55,009 nt of DNA from a virus (taxonomy: Duplodnaviria > Caudoviricetes): positions 1 through 55,009 of IMG/VR virus record IMGVR_UViG_3300050010_000073. One strand, written 5' to 3'. Below are positions 28,392-37,611 of the stretch, in pieces. Position 1 is the stretch's first letter; each line of letters starts with the position of its first letter. The position numbers were made by a program, and so were the translations under genes. The notes under the pieces were generated by a model, which saw only the letters and a list, made by a program, of their open reading frames with translations, did not search any database and was not told the DNA's origin.

Positions 28392-28573
28392 AAAAAATCA
28401 AATCGAGAAGAATTGGAAAACATTCTTAAGGTTAAGAATGGACCAGAAATCTATGCTCTTTTAATGGGAGCTGTTAATTTATTGATGGATGAATATGGTC
28501 TTTCACCACAAGAAACGGTTCAGTTCATCATAGAACAAAACTAAACAAACAAACAACAGAAAGTAGTAATCCT

Positions 28574-28879
28574 ATGCCACCTACAATCACCGATAGAGCA
28601 CAAAATGCTCCAGGCTACCTGCGCACTCGCACTAATGTATCTCGTCAACTTAGGACTCAAAATTTGGGCCCTATGACTCAACAAGAGTTCCAAGAGATGT
28701 TAGCTCACATTTGCCATCACACTACCCGAGCCATAAGAACTGTAGAGTTTGGTCCTGGCAACAAAGCCACCATATACTTTTTCGGCAATAGCCAAGACAA
28801 CATGGCTCGCTATTCTTTCACTCCCACATACAAACCAGTTAAAGCAATCTCACCCTCAATGCCCACTTTATGTGTATAG
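28574..28879 (+). CDS. Hypothetical protein
   Basis: 101-aa ORF on the early strand. Confidence 0.6.
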   Translation: MPPTITDRAQNAPGYLRTRTNVSRQLRTQNLGPMTQQEFQEMLAHICHHTTRAIRTVEFGPGNKATIYFFGNSQDNMARYSFTPTYKPVKAISPSMPTLCV

Positions 28880-28933
28880 GCAGTCCAAATTAAATTGGAC
28901 ATAAGTCAAACCTATAAAAGAAAGAATTAAATT

Positions 28934-29599
28934 ATGATTGGATACAAACTAACAGATCAAAACATGCGAACTCGCAACAACGTTCAATGGAAACTTGGAA
29001 TTGAACGAACAGTTAGAGGTTCATTTAAAAAACAGCAACTTTGCACACCTTATTGGTTACATTTTTATGTTGAACCACGATTAGCTATAATAATGAATCC
29101 TATAGGAGCAAATTTTAAGTCACCTCGTTTGTTTAAGTGTAATGTAGGTGGTAAAATTCAACACGAGAACAAAGGAAGACTAAAATCTGGTTGCACCAAA
29201 CTAACTTTAATTGAAGAATTAACTTTACCAGTTATTTCAAATAACCAGAAGGTTGCTTTTGGTATTTTAAGCAGCCTAAAAGTGTGTAGGGATCCTGATT
29301 TTGTTTTTTGGGCAAATAATTGGATAAATAACATAGATCGAAGTTATACTACTAATGCTGCTGCTTATACTGCTGCTTCTCATGCTACTTATGCTGATGC
29401 TGCTGCTACTGCTTCTGCTTATGCTGCTGCTGCTTATGCTGCTTATGATGCTCATGCTGCTCATGCTGATGCTGCTGATGCTGCTCATGCTGCTCATGCT
29501 GCTGCTGCTTTTTATGCTACTTATGCTACTACCACTGGTAGCTCTTTTAACCACAAAGATATATTAATCCTGTTAGACCAAGCATTAAAAATAACATAA
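28934..29599 (+). CDS. Hypothetical protein with Ala/Tyr/Asp/His low-complexity tract
   Basis: GYKLTD...WLHFY domain plus a GCT-rich repeat at ~29350-29530. Confidence 0.75.
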   Translation: MIGYKLTDQNMRTRNNVQWKLGIERTVRGSFKKQQLCTPYWLHFYVEPRLAIIMNPIGANFKSPRLFKCNVGGKIQHENKGRLKSGCTKLTLIEELTLPVISNNQKVAFGILSSLKVCRDPDFVFWANNWINNIDRSYTTNAAAYTAASHATYADAAATASAYAAAAYAAYDAHAAHADAADAAHAAHAAAAFYATYATTTGSSFNHKDILILLDQALKIT

Positions 29600-29603
29600 T
29601 ACT

Positions 29604-29975
29604 ATGAGCTTCCTCCTAGATTTCCATAAAGTCATTTGGGCTAAACTCTACTATAAGAATCAAGAAGGTTCTAAAACACCACACCTTTCTTCTTCTCCAA
29701 CAGTCCACGGAGAGTTTATTGTAAATCCTGATGAAGATGCTCTTCCACGTGATTTAGCCTACCCTGGTGAGACTCGGCTAGAAAGAGCTAGGCGTTTAGA
29801 TCTCTTAGATGTATGGATTCCCCGATGTGAAATGCTCATCTATTGCCGGGAATTAATAGTCTGGGAAAGGCAAAGAGCCCTAGATATGTATAAGGCTTAT
29901 TGTATTTTCCTGATGTCCAACAACAAAAACAAAAGAAAGACTACAAAAAATGAAAAGAAGAGCAAAAGTACCTGA
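29604..29975 (+). CDS. Hypothetical protein
   Basis: 123-aa ORF in the operon. Confidence 0.65.
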   Translation: MSFLLDFHKVIWAKLYYKNQEGSKTPHLSSSPTVHGEFIVNPDEDALPRDLAYPGETRLERARRLDLLDVWIPRCEMLIYCRELIVWERQRALDMYKAYCIFLMSNNKNKRKTTKNEKKSKST

Positions 29976-30165
29976 AGGTTATAGAAGGTTGAGAGTTGGA
30001 GAAATAATACGGGAAGGTGATTATAGTTGGGATAAAAGTGCACCAACAGTTATAATTGGTCATATAGCACTTTATGGCCTTAGTGGACTTAAGGTTGAAA
30101 AAGAAGATAGTAACTTCTATTATAGACTCAAACAAACAAACAAACAAATAGGGCTTACAGCATAA
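29950..30165 (+). CDS. Hypothetical protein
   Basis: 71 aa with a PEGYRRLRVGE.I.EGD motif seen in small phage proteins. Confidence 0.6.
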   Translation: MKRRAKVPEGYRRLRVGEIIREGDYSWDKSAPTVIIGHIALYGLSGLKVEKEDSNFYYRLKQTNKQIGLTA

Positions 30166-30175
30166 GTAGATTGGG

Positions 30176-30191
30176 TGGCATAGAACTTGCT
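30176..30191 (+). promoter_or_regulatory. sigma54 promoter for the helicase/ligase/bEBP operon
   Basis: TGGCAT-AGAAC-TTGCT, intergenic. Confidence 0.85.
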
Positions 30192-30346
30192 TATGTCCTA
30201 TTGTTCTGTCTGACAAATGCAAATACTCCACGAATCCGTCTTTAATTTCTATCTATAGCTCAAGAGTTGTCGCTATAGATAGGAAGGGTTAGCTAACCCT
30301 CACAAACCCACTGAACAACTCATCACTCGGTTACATAAATAAAAGT

Positions 30347-31060
30347 ATGCCAACAGACAAATTGGTAGTTCAAACTTCTGCTCAGTCTAATCCTGATATG
30401 CAGAAGCTCATCACAGATGCAGTCGCAATCACGATCAATGTCAAAGAAGGAAAAGACGTCAAAACTCTTAGTCCTATTACTGCCGTTGTTCGCAATGGTG
30501 TTGCCTTGCCCCTCTTCTATACTGATATGGAACGGGCTAAGGGCGATAAAGCTGGAGTTGCTTATCTGGCTCCTCATCCCCAATGGATCAAAGACAATAC
30601 GCCTACCTTCCTGACATGGTTGGGCGATGTTATTATTCGTAGGTGGTGTGGCAGCAAGATCAAGAACGTCCTTCAGGGTCTTAATGAAGAGGCTTGTGCT
30701 GATCTGGTTGTGGATGGAGTTGTTCAACTCTATCCCAATAAGAACCCGAAGATCAAAGAGCCGAAGCCTGATTATCAACAGTTTGACATTCAAGAGTATG
30801 TTGATCTGGTGGAAGAGTTGTCTCCACGTTCAGAGACTGTTGCAGAGATCAACGAACAGTTGAAGTCATTGGCCAATGAATTGGCTGACTTGAACGATGA
30901 AGACTTTAAGACTATTGAAGAGTTCCGTGCTGCCAAGCTCGTTCTCAAGAACCAGATCAAGTCCTATATTCTGGCCCTTGATAAGAAGAAACGGCATAAG
31001 GCTGAAACTCTTACTGAAGGTGAAGAGGATACTACTCCTGCCACTCAGAAAGCTATCTAA
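30347..31060 (+). CDS. Hypothetical protein with coiled coil and acidic tail
   Basis: 237 aa; first gene after a sigma54 promoter. Confidence 0.8.
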   Translation: MPTDKLVVQTSAQSNPDMQKLITDAVAITINVKEGKDVKTLSPITAVVRNGVALPLFYTDMERAKGDKAGVAYLAPHPQWIKDNTPTFLTWLGDVIIRRWCGSKIKNVLQGLNEEACADLVVDGVVQLYPNKNPKIKEPKPDYQQFDIQEYVDLVEELSPRSETVAEINEQLKSLANELADLNDEDFKTIEEFRAAKLVLKNQIKSYILALDKKKRHKAETLTEGEEDTTPATQKAI

Positions 31061-31082
31061 TATACCCTGGTCAATTAAACAA

Positions 31083-31143
31083 CTTAGGTCGGCTCTACCT
31101 GTCTTTCGCCCTCACCGGTCACAGAAGGTATTGCCGGCCTAAG
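31083..31143 (+). other. Intergenic hairpin (processing/stability element)
   Basis: CTTAGGTCGGC/GCCGGCCTAAG, 11 bp with one G-U. Confidence 0.5.
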
Positions 31144-31168
31144 CTTTTAGACGATCTAGGCTCTAATT

Positions 31169-31588
31169 ATGAATATACCTCTAAAGCTCTTTCTACATCT
31201 AGCTGTCAACAATTTTGAAGGCTGGATAGTCCTAGATAGCCAAGCACTCATAGTAGAGTGTCAAAAAGATGATCCTCAAGAACTCCTACATCACATAGAA
31301 ACTATTACTGATGCAACCAAGCTTAGCAAGTTAAATCTTAAGGCCGGCTGGAGACTCTGGCGCAAATGGGACTGGGATCTATACCAGCATCAAGTCCAGA
31401 TAAAGTATAAGAATTGGTCAGCTAGGAAAGCAGTATGGGACAGGTATGACAGGAATATGAAGAAACTCTCCTTAGCTATAGTTAAGATGACTGGAATAGA
31501 TATGGATACAGCTAAACTTATGGCCGACAAGATCATAACAACCAGACCACACAAAGCTGCTAACTTTGACTGTGAACTAGAAAGCTAA
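31169..31588 (+). CDS. Hypothetical protein
   Basis: 139-aa ORF. Confidence 0.7.
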   Translation: MNIPLKLFLHLAVNNFEGWIVLDSQALIVECQKDDPQELLHHIETITDATKLSKLNLKAGWRLWRKWDWDLYQHQVQIKYKNWSARKAVWDRYDRNMKKLSLAIVKMTGIDMDTAKLMADKIITTRPHKAANFDCELES

Positions 31589-31594
31589 CAAAGT

Positions 31595-31930
31595 ATGAAA
31601 GAACTAGACCAAAACATGGCGATTGTGGAATTTTGTGGGTGGAAATGCCATATACCAGAAGGTGATGCAGAAGATTATGGTGATTGTGTACACTGGAAGT
31701 TGGGTCAAAACATAGTATATGTTTTGTCAGATTTACCATCCTACACTACTGACCTCAACGCGATGCACGAGGCAGAGAAGTTGCTGACCAAACAGCAGAT
31801 TGCCTCGTATCAATTCAGTCTGCGTTACGTCACTAAAGAGGGGATGGCTAGTGACTGGAACCTGATAAACGCCACCGCCGCTCAACGCGCCGAAGCTCTC
31901 TTGCGAACAATCAAAAAATGGAAGGACTAA
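31595..31930 (+). CDS. Phage protein (PxYxxDLNA family)
   Basis: LPSYTTDLNAMHEAE...ATAAQRAEA motif common in small phage proteins. Confidence 0.6.
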   Translation: MKELDQNMAIVEFCGWKCHIPEGDAEDYGDCVHWKLGQNIVYVLSDLPSYTTDLNAMHEAEKLLTKQQIASYQFSLRYVTKEGMASDWNLINATAAQRAEALLRTIKKWKD

Positions 31931-31931
31931 T

Positions 31932-34274
31932 ATGGCTACCAAGATCATCAAGCTCTCTCAGCTTTCTCCCCATGAGCAAGACAAGGAAAGACTTCTATAC
32001 CTAAGGAATAGAATCAACTCTGGATTCAATTTCGGACGGCTAAAAACTCTCTTAGATTTCCTCTATGAACTAGGTCATAGTAAAGGCGAATTGCAATATG
32101 CTTATGGAGTTGACCTAAAGACTCTACAATCCACGCCCCTAACCAAAGACTTGCTCAAGAGTCTGCTAGATACAGAGTCTTGGCAAGTTGAATCAACAGA
32201 AAGAGCTAGACAGTATGACCAAATGCACACTACCATGGTGGCAAAATTACCTGATATACCAGAGGTTACATCAGAAGCAAAAGAATCAAATGGTAATCCT
32301 TCTGTGGAAAAGAATATTCTACCCTCCTCTTGGACTCAAGCTTCCCAACACCCAAAGCAGAAAGCCAAACTGTGGAAGAAGCAAGAACTAGCTGCTGCCC
32401 AAATCTATGAGAAGATAGTCTCTGGTGGTCAAGGCATCCTATTGAATGCAGCTACAGGTGCTGGCAAGACCTTTGTTCTAGGTGCTGTTATACGTAGGCT
32501 AATAGACAATCATTGGAAACCTCTAGAAGATTGTTGCTCTCCTTGGCCTATAGTATATGTCACTAAAGCTTCTATTGTAGAGCAGTCTCGTCGTGTCCTA
32601 GAAAGATTCTTTGGCATAGATTGTAGAACAGAAGTTACAGTTATTAACATAGAGCAATTGCGTGCTACTTTCGGAGATAGATTTATAAAGTGGGAGACTC
32701 TTATAGAGAATGGTGAAGAGTTCATAAGACCTATCTGGAAACCTAATATACATCCCATACTCTTTATCTGGGATGAGTGTCACATCTTAAAGAATCTGGA
32801 TAGTCAGCAATCGCTGATAGCTCAGGATGTTAATAACATACAAGATAGGTATGATGAAAAAGTCTTCCAGATTTTCTCTTCAGCAACTGCTGGCACACGT
32901 GTTATTGAATTTAAGTGTTTTGCTGTATCTACTCATGCTAGCATTGCTGACCGTCATTCTGTTACTGGCCGAGCTGCTCTTACCAACAGAAACTGGACAG
33001 CATTTGCCAAGAACATAGCCCATCCTCAAGATCCAGAAGAGCATTCCCCGGCTGCCATAGAGAAGCTCATTACCCACCTACTAGACTATATAGTAGATAT
33101 TAAAGGCTTGCGACCTCAATTCCATCCTACTAATAGGGTAGAGATGATAGAGTTTGAGACTCCCGAAGAACAGAAGCGTTATCAAGATGCTTGGGAAGAC
33201 TACCAAAAGAAGAAGTTAGAGTTTGAGAACTCTGATCTACTTACTGAGGGCCAATCTAGGATGATGATTCTAGCCCAGTTTACTATCTTTAGAAAGATGG
33301 CCGAAGCTATTAGGGCTAGGACTATAGCCCGCAGACTACATCATATGGTTCAAGAAGGTAGTGCCTCAGTAGCAGCCTGCTGCTTCAAGGGGACTATAGC
33401 TAATGCTGTTCAAATCCTAGTAGATGACTATAATGTTCCTAGAAATAAGATCTCTATCATCTGGGGTGGACTAGGTAATGAAGCTAAGAAGGTAAAGAAG
33501 GAGGTAGTAGAGAAGATAAAGAAGCAGCAAGGCATGACAGAAGAAGAACGAGAGACCTTCATACGAGGAATGATCTTGGCCGGCTGTGACATGAAAGAGA
33601 TTGAGGAGATGATAGAGCTACAAGATGAGCTGGCTGGAGATAAGCCAGAGGTAGATAAGAAAGCAGGTGTGAGGGCGTCAGATCATGGCTTATCCAAGCA
33701 ACAGATAGATAGATATGGATTAGGTGCTCAGAGCAAGATACAGAGGCAGGGGGAGATAGATAGATTCCAGTCGGGCCAGAGCTTATACTGCTTTTTTACG
33801 TTTAAGGCTGGTGGTGTAGGTTTAAGTCTACATCATTCTGATGAACTCACCACATTCAAATGCAGAAAACATCCTAATGGAGATTGGTCAAATGAAAATG
33901 ATATATCAAAGGTGCCTACTTGTCCTCGCTTTGTTCTTCTTACGCCTGTCTATTCAGCTATTGAACTTGTGCAGGGATTGGGAAGGTGTGCCAGACTTAC
34001 CTCATTATCTGATACTCCGCAGACAGTATTATTCTACAGGGGGACGATTGAAGAGCGTGTGGCTCATACTGTATCTATCAAACTTAAGTGCCTCAAGAAA
34101 GTTGTAAGGCAGCGAGAGTCTTGGGAATCAGTGATACTTAATCCTGATAAGCTCACTGAAGAGGTAGAGGAAATACCTCAAGATCAAGTAGTCAAACCCA
34201 TACAACAAGAACAACAAGATCCCGATGACGATGTCTTCTTAGGCGGGTCATCGGATGTAGAAGAAGAGGACTAA
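31932..34274 (+). CDS. SF2 DExH helicase
   Basis: ATGAGKT, DECH, SAT, GGVGLSLH and QGLGRCAR motifs. Confidence 0.9.
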   Translation: MATKIIKLSQLSPHEQDKERLLYLRNRINSGFNFGRLKTLLDFLYELGHSKGELQYAYGVDLKTLQSTPLTKDLLKSLLDTESWQVESTERARQYDQMHTTMVAKLPDIPEVTSEAKESNGNPSVEKNILPSSWTQASQHPKQKAKLWKKQELAAAQIYEKIVSGGQGILLNAATGAGKTFVLGAVIRRLIDNHWKPLEDCCSPWPIVYVTKASIVEQSRRVLERFFGIDCRTEVTVINIEQLRATFGDRFIKWETLIENGEEFIRPIWKPNIHPILFIWDECHILKNLDSQQSLIAQDVNNIQDRYDEKVFQIFSSATAGTRVIEFKCFAVSTHASIADRHSVTGRAALTNRNWTAFAKNIAHPQDPEEHSPAAIEKLITHLLDYIVDIKGLRPQFHPTNRVEMIEFETPEEQKRYQDAWEDYQKKKLEFENSDLLTEGQSRMMILAQFTIFRKMAEAIRARTIARRLHHMVQEGSASVAACCFKGTIANAVQILVDDYNVPRNKISIIWGGLGNEAKKVKKEVVEKIKKQQGMTEEERETFIRGMILAGCDMKEIEEMIELQDELAGDKPEVDKKAGVRASDHGLSKQQIDRYGLGAQSKIQRQGEIDRFQSGQSLYCFFTFKAGGVGLSLHHSDELTTFKCRKHPNGDWSNENDISKVPTCPRFVLLTPVYSAIELVQGLGRCARLTSLSDTPQTVLFYRGTIEERVAHTVSIKLKCLKKVVRQRESWESVILNPDKLTEEVEEIPQDQVVKPIQQEQQDPDDDVFLGGSSDVEEED

Positions 34275-34280
34275 TATAAT

Positions 34281-35192
34281 ATGAATCTCCGTCCACCAAT
34301 GTTAGCACCTCACGAGTCTGTAGACTTAGAGAGTTTCAAAGACTATCCCGTCTATGTCTCTCCTAAGTATGATGGCATCAGATGTTTGATAGGAGAGGGC
34401 GGCTGGGCCTATAGCCGAACTCTTAAACCTATACCTAATCTTCATATAAGACAGACTTTAAGAGCACTCCAACTACCATTTGGTTTGGATGGTGAACTAG
34501 TATCCTACACTACAGGCAAGATGGATAAGTATAGTGAAGTTCAGTCAGCTGTCATGTCTAAGTATGGAACTCCTGCTTTCTTATATCATACTTTTGATAT
34601 ACAAACCTCCAATCCGAGTGACTGCTTCCTAGATAGGATGGCTCTTATAGAATCCATTTGTTTTAAGGCCGGCCTACCTCTTATAACCAACAGATGTTGT
34701 TCTTCACGAGCAGAAGTGGAAAATGCCGAACTAAGATTCTTGTATATAGGCTTTGAAGGTGTGATGCTTAAGTTACCTCATGGTTATTACAAGCATGGCC
34801 GATGCACCCTACTAGAGTCTACTATGTTCAAGCTCAAGAGATTCACAGACTCAGAAGCCTTAGTCTTAGGTATGGAGGAAGAGCTAGAAAATCAGAATCC
34901 CCTGGATATGGACTTTGCTGGTCATGCTAAAAGAGGACACTCACAAGAAGGGATGGTTCCTAAAGGTAGAATGGGTAAGTTGCACTGCCGAGATATACAT
35001 GATGCTGCTCTTGAAGAGTTTGATATAGGAACAGGATTCACTCATGCAGATAGAGATTGGTGGTGGCAACACAGGATGGATAAGGAAGTAATAGGTAAAG
35101 TGATGGTCAAGTATAAGTATCAAAAACACGGAACAGACAAGAGACCTAGAACACCAGTCTGTCTAGGTATAAGGAATCCACAAGACATATGA
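34281..35192 (+). CDS. ATP-dependent DNA ligase
   Basis: KYDGIR, LDGEL, FEGVMLK and KLK motifs; OB domain with GTGF. Confidence 0.92.
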   Translation: MNLRPPMLAPHESVDLESFKDYPVYVSPKYDGIRCLIGEGGWAYSRTLKPIPNLHIRQTLRALQLPFGLDGELVSYTTGKMDKYSEVQSAVMSKYGTPAFLYHTFDIQTSNPSDCFLDRMALIESICFKAGLPLITNRCCSSRAEVENAELRFLYIGFEGVMLKLPHGYYKHGRCTLLESTMFKLKRFTDSEALVLGMEEELENQNPLDMDFAGHAKRGHSQEGMVPKGRMGKLHCRDIHDAALEEFDIGTGFTHADRDWWWQHRMDKEVIGKVMVKYKYQKHGTDKRPRTPVCLGIRNPQDI

Positions 35193-35446
35193 GTTATAAA
35201 CCCAAAACACACTTAAGCTATCAAGCAGCCCAGAAAGCTTGGAGTAGGAGACTTTGTTTATATGAAGATGCAGTAGAAGCACTCTCTTGGAGAGGATCAA
35301 GACGGCCAGATGAACAAGATAGCATTATCAATCGTTACAAACTTCTTCGTCGTCATCTCAAGAAAGCTCTTACCGAGCTCTTGAAGTATCGCTATGGTTA
35401 TGTTCCTCATAAGCCGTGGCACGGAAAAACAAACAGTGGTAGTTAA
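35189..35446 (+). CDS. Hypothetical basic protein
   Basis: 85-aa ORF overlapping the ligase stop codon. Confidence 0.6.
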   Translation: MSYKPKTHLSYQAAQKAWSRRLCLYEDAVEALSWRGSRRPDEQDSIINRYKLLRRHLKKALTELLKYRYGYVPHKPWHGKTNSGS

Positions 35447-35461
35447 ATCTCAATATAACAT

Positions 35462-36346
35462 ATGAGTTCATATATACAAGCACCATCAGCAGGAGGCCAA
35501 TCACCTGGTAGTGATATATCAAAGCAGAAATGGGTAGAAGCTATTCAAGATCTCCTAGATGTAGGAGCAACAGACCAAGCTAAGAGGATTGATAAAGAGC
35601 ACAACGTGGGCTTCTTCTCTAAAACTACAAAAGCTCTAAGATATTTAGACAAGTTCATTACTTGTAATCTCCAGATGCTCAAGCTTAAAGAACAAGTCTT
35701 AAGACTAGCTGATCCTACAATTACCGATCCTGTTCTTATTCTAGGAGAAACTGGCACAGGTAAAGAGTTACTGGCTCATGCTCTTCATGCTGACAAAATA
35801 GGTAACTTTGTAGAGATCAATTGTGCTGGACTGCCCGAGCATCTAATAGAATCAGAACTCTTTGGTTATGTAGATGGTGCTTATACAGGAGCTAAGAAAG
35901 GAGGTCAAGCCGGACTCATAGAGTTAGCTGGACAGGATAGCAAAGGCAACCAAGCTAGAGGTTCCCTGTTCTTAGATGAGATAGGTGAACTTCCCTTACA
36001 GGTTCAAGCCAAACTATTAAGAGTCTTGAATGATGGCAGAGTACGGAAGGTCGGCGGAAGCACATATGAATGGGTAGACTTCCGTCTTATATGTGCCACA
36101 CACCAGAGTATAGATGCACCAGACTATAAGCATTTCCGCAGAGATTTGTATCATCGTATCTCTCTTATAGAGCTTAGAACTCTTCCTCTCATACAGAGAA
36201 AAGAAGACATCAAGCCTATCATAGAGAGTTTGCAGATAGGTGCCCATGATAAGCTGTTCGATAGATACATAAAAGATAATACTTTGGGTGGCAATGTCAG
36301 GGACTTGCAGAAACTAGTTAGAAGATTACAATTAGAACTATTATGA
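35462..36346 (+). CDS. sigma54-interaction (bEBP) AAA+ transcriptional activator lacking a DNA-binding HTH
   Basis: GETGTGKE, INCA, ESELFG, GAYTGA, LFLDEIG, QAKLLRVL, FRRDLYHR and GNVRDL; the protein ends ~12 aa after sensor II. Confidence 0.95.
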   Translation: MSSYIQAPSAGGQSPGSDISKQKWVEAIQDLLDVGATDQAKRIDKEHNVGFFSKTTKALRYLDKFITCNLQMLKLKEQVLRLADPTITDPVLILGETGTGKELLAHALHADKIGNFVEINCAGLPEHLIESELFGYVDGAYTGAKKGGQAGLIELAGQDSKGNQARGSLFLDEIGELPLQVQAKLLRVLNDGRVRKVGGSTYEWVDFRLICATHQSIDAPDYKHFRRDLYHRISLIELRTLPLIQRKEDIKPIIESLQIGAHDKLFDRYIKDNTLGGNVRDLQKLVRRLQLELL

Positions 36347-36645
36347 AACTTCTCACCATCCAAGATATAGCAACCTCTGTTCCTTTGTCCTACTCCTATG
36401 TAGTCCTACTTAATGATCTGGCCCGACAGTTCGTTATAGCCGAATACATGATGGGAGTACAACTGGGAACTCTAGCTCCCAATAAAGCTATCAACCTAGA
36501 GCAGCTCCAAGCCGAAGCTATGGAGATAGATGATAGAATAAAGAAGTGTCCTTACTTAAGGGATGCTCTTAAATCTATGTTAGGTCAGTCTACATTTGAT
36601 CTAAGGATAGTTGAACCACCACCAACAGAAGAGAGTAAGAACTAA
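36343..36645 (+). CDS. Hypothetical protein
   Basis: 100 aa; start overlaps the bEBP stop codon (ATGA). Confidence 0.7.
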   Translation: MKLLTIQDIATSVPLSYSYVVLLNDLARQFVIAEYMMGVQLGTLAPNKAINLEQLQAEAMEIDDRIKKCPYLRDALKSMLGQSTFDLRIVEPPPTEESKN

Positions 36646-36861
36646 ATGAAACTAAAAATAACAATTGAAGGTACACCTGGAACAGGTAAAATATTATTAG
36701 CACAAAGGATTCGTGACATGATTATTAAATCTCCATTTGAGATTAGATCTGTAGCTATTATAGACAGATCTTTTATAGGTACCAATTATTGTGCAGTAAA
36801 GAAAGACGCAATGGTATGTGACTGTGTAATAAAAGTAGTAACCAAGCAACCCAAATTGTAA
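36646..36861 (+). CDS. Small protein with P-loop-like motif
   Basis: ITIEGTPGTGKI in a 71-aa ORF. Confidence 0.55.
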   Translation: MKLKITIEGTPGTGKILLAQRIRDMIIKSPFEIRSVAIIDRSFIGTNYCAVKKDAMVCDCVIKVVTKQPKL

Positions 36862-36874
36862 TAGAGTAAGCCCT

Positions 36875-36890
36875 TGGCACACTTTATGCT
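36875..36890 (+). promoter_or_regulatory. sigma54 promoter for the replication operon
   Basis: TGGCAC-ACTTT-ATGCT; GG/GC conserved with correct spacing, intergenic. Confidence 0.75.
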
Positions 36891-36979
36891 TACATCTTCT
36901 CTGTTCATTTGATGTATTGCGTAGTATCAAAGATCTAGTAATATGTCTCCACGTCTAATAAAGAAAGTATAAGTTACCT

Positions 36980-37591
36980 ATGCCCTCATTATCACAAGAT
37001 ATAAATTCTGCTGGTAGTGCTCCTACTGGAAGTCCACCTAGTCCACCATCCAACAATCCAACACCTGGACAAGCTGGAGTAATTCAGACTAATCAGCAGC
37101 CTGTTCCTGCTCAAGGTGGTGGTCTCCGGCCTCAGCCTTCTCAAGTTCAAGCCAATCAAGGAATAGAACCTAGAGGCTTGGCTCAACCTCATCAAACTCC
37201 TCAAGCTATTGCCGACCCTCAACATCCCCAAACTCCATCTCAAGCTCCTAGTGGGCCAGTTGATTGGGCTAAAGCTACAGCCCAGCTTGAGAAAGTTATA
37301 GCTTTCTATGAAGGTTATGCTGGTAAAGTGGGCTGCAATCCCTACTTCTATCTCCATGAAAAGGTTCGTCCTCTTGAGAATAGTTTGCTGGAGAAAGAAA
37401 GGCTGTTCACATATCCTAATGGTGTGTCAAAAGCTCAGTGGGAGTTCCAACTTTATACTGCTATCATGGCTCTGGAATGTAAGGAGTCTTATGCTATGCA
37501 TGATCCTCAAGCTCATGCTCAAGAACAAGAGAGACAGAAGGGTGTTCTGGCAGCTAAGCAGCAGGGAAGGAAAGAGATCTTATTCAATTAG
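36980..37591 (+). CDS. Hypothetical protein with P/Q-rich disordered N-half
   Basis: 203-aa ORF after a sigma54 promoter. Confidence 0.75.
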   Translation: MPSLSQDINSAGSAPTGSPPSPPSNNPTPGQAGVIQTNQQPVPAQGGGLRPQPSQVQANQGIEPRGLAQPHQTPQAIADPQHPQTPSQAPSGPVDWAKATAQLEKVIAFYEGYAGKVGCNPYFYLHEKVRPLENSLLEKERLFTYPNGVSKAQWEFQLYTAIMALECKESYAMHDPQAHAQEQERQKGVLAAKQQGRKEILFN

Positions 37592-37611
37592 TAACAACAG
37601 TGCGTACGAAA

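Noticed and set aside
29276-29567. Poly-Leu/Met and poly-Ser ORFs
   Set aside because: Alternative frames of the GCT-rich low-complexity tract in 28934-29599.
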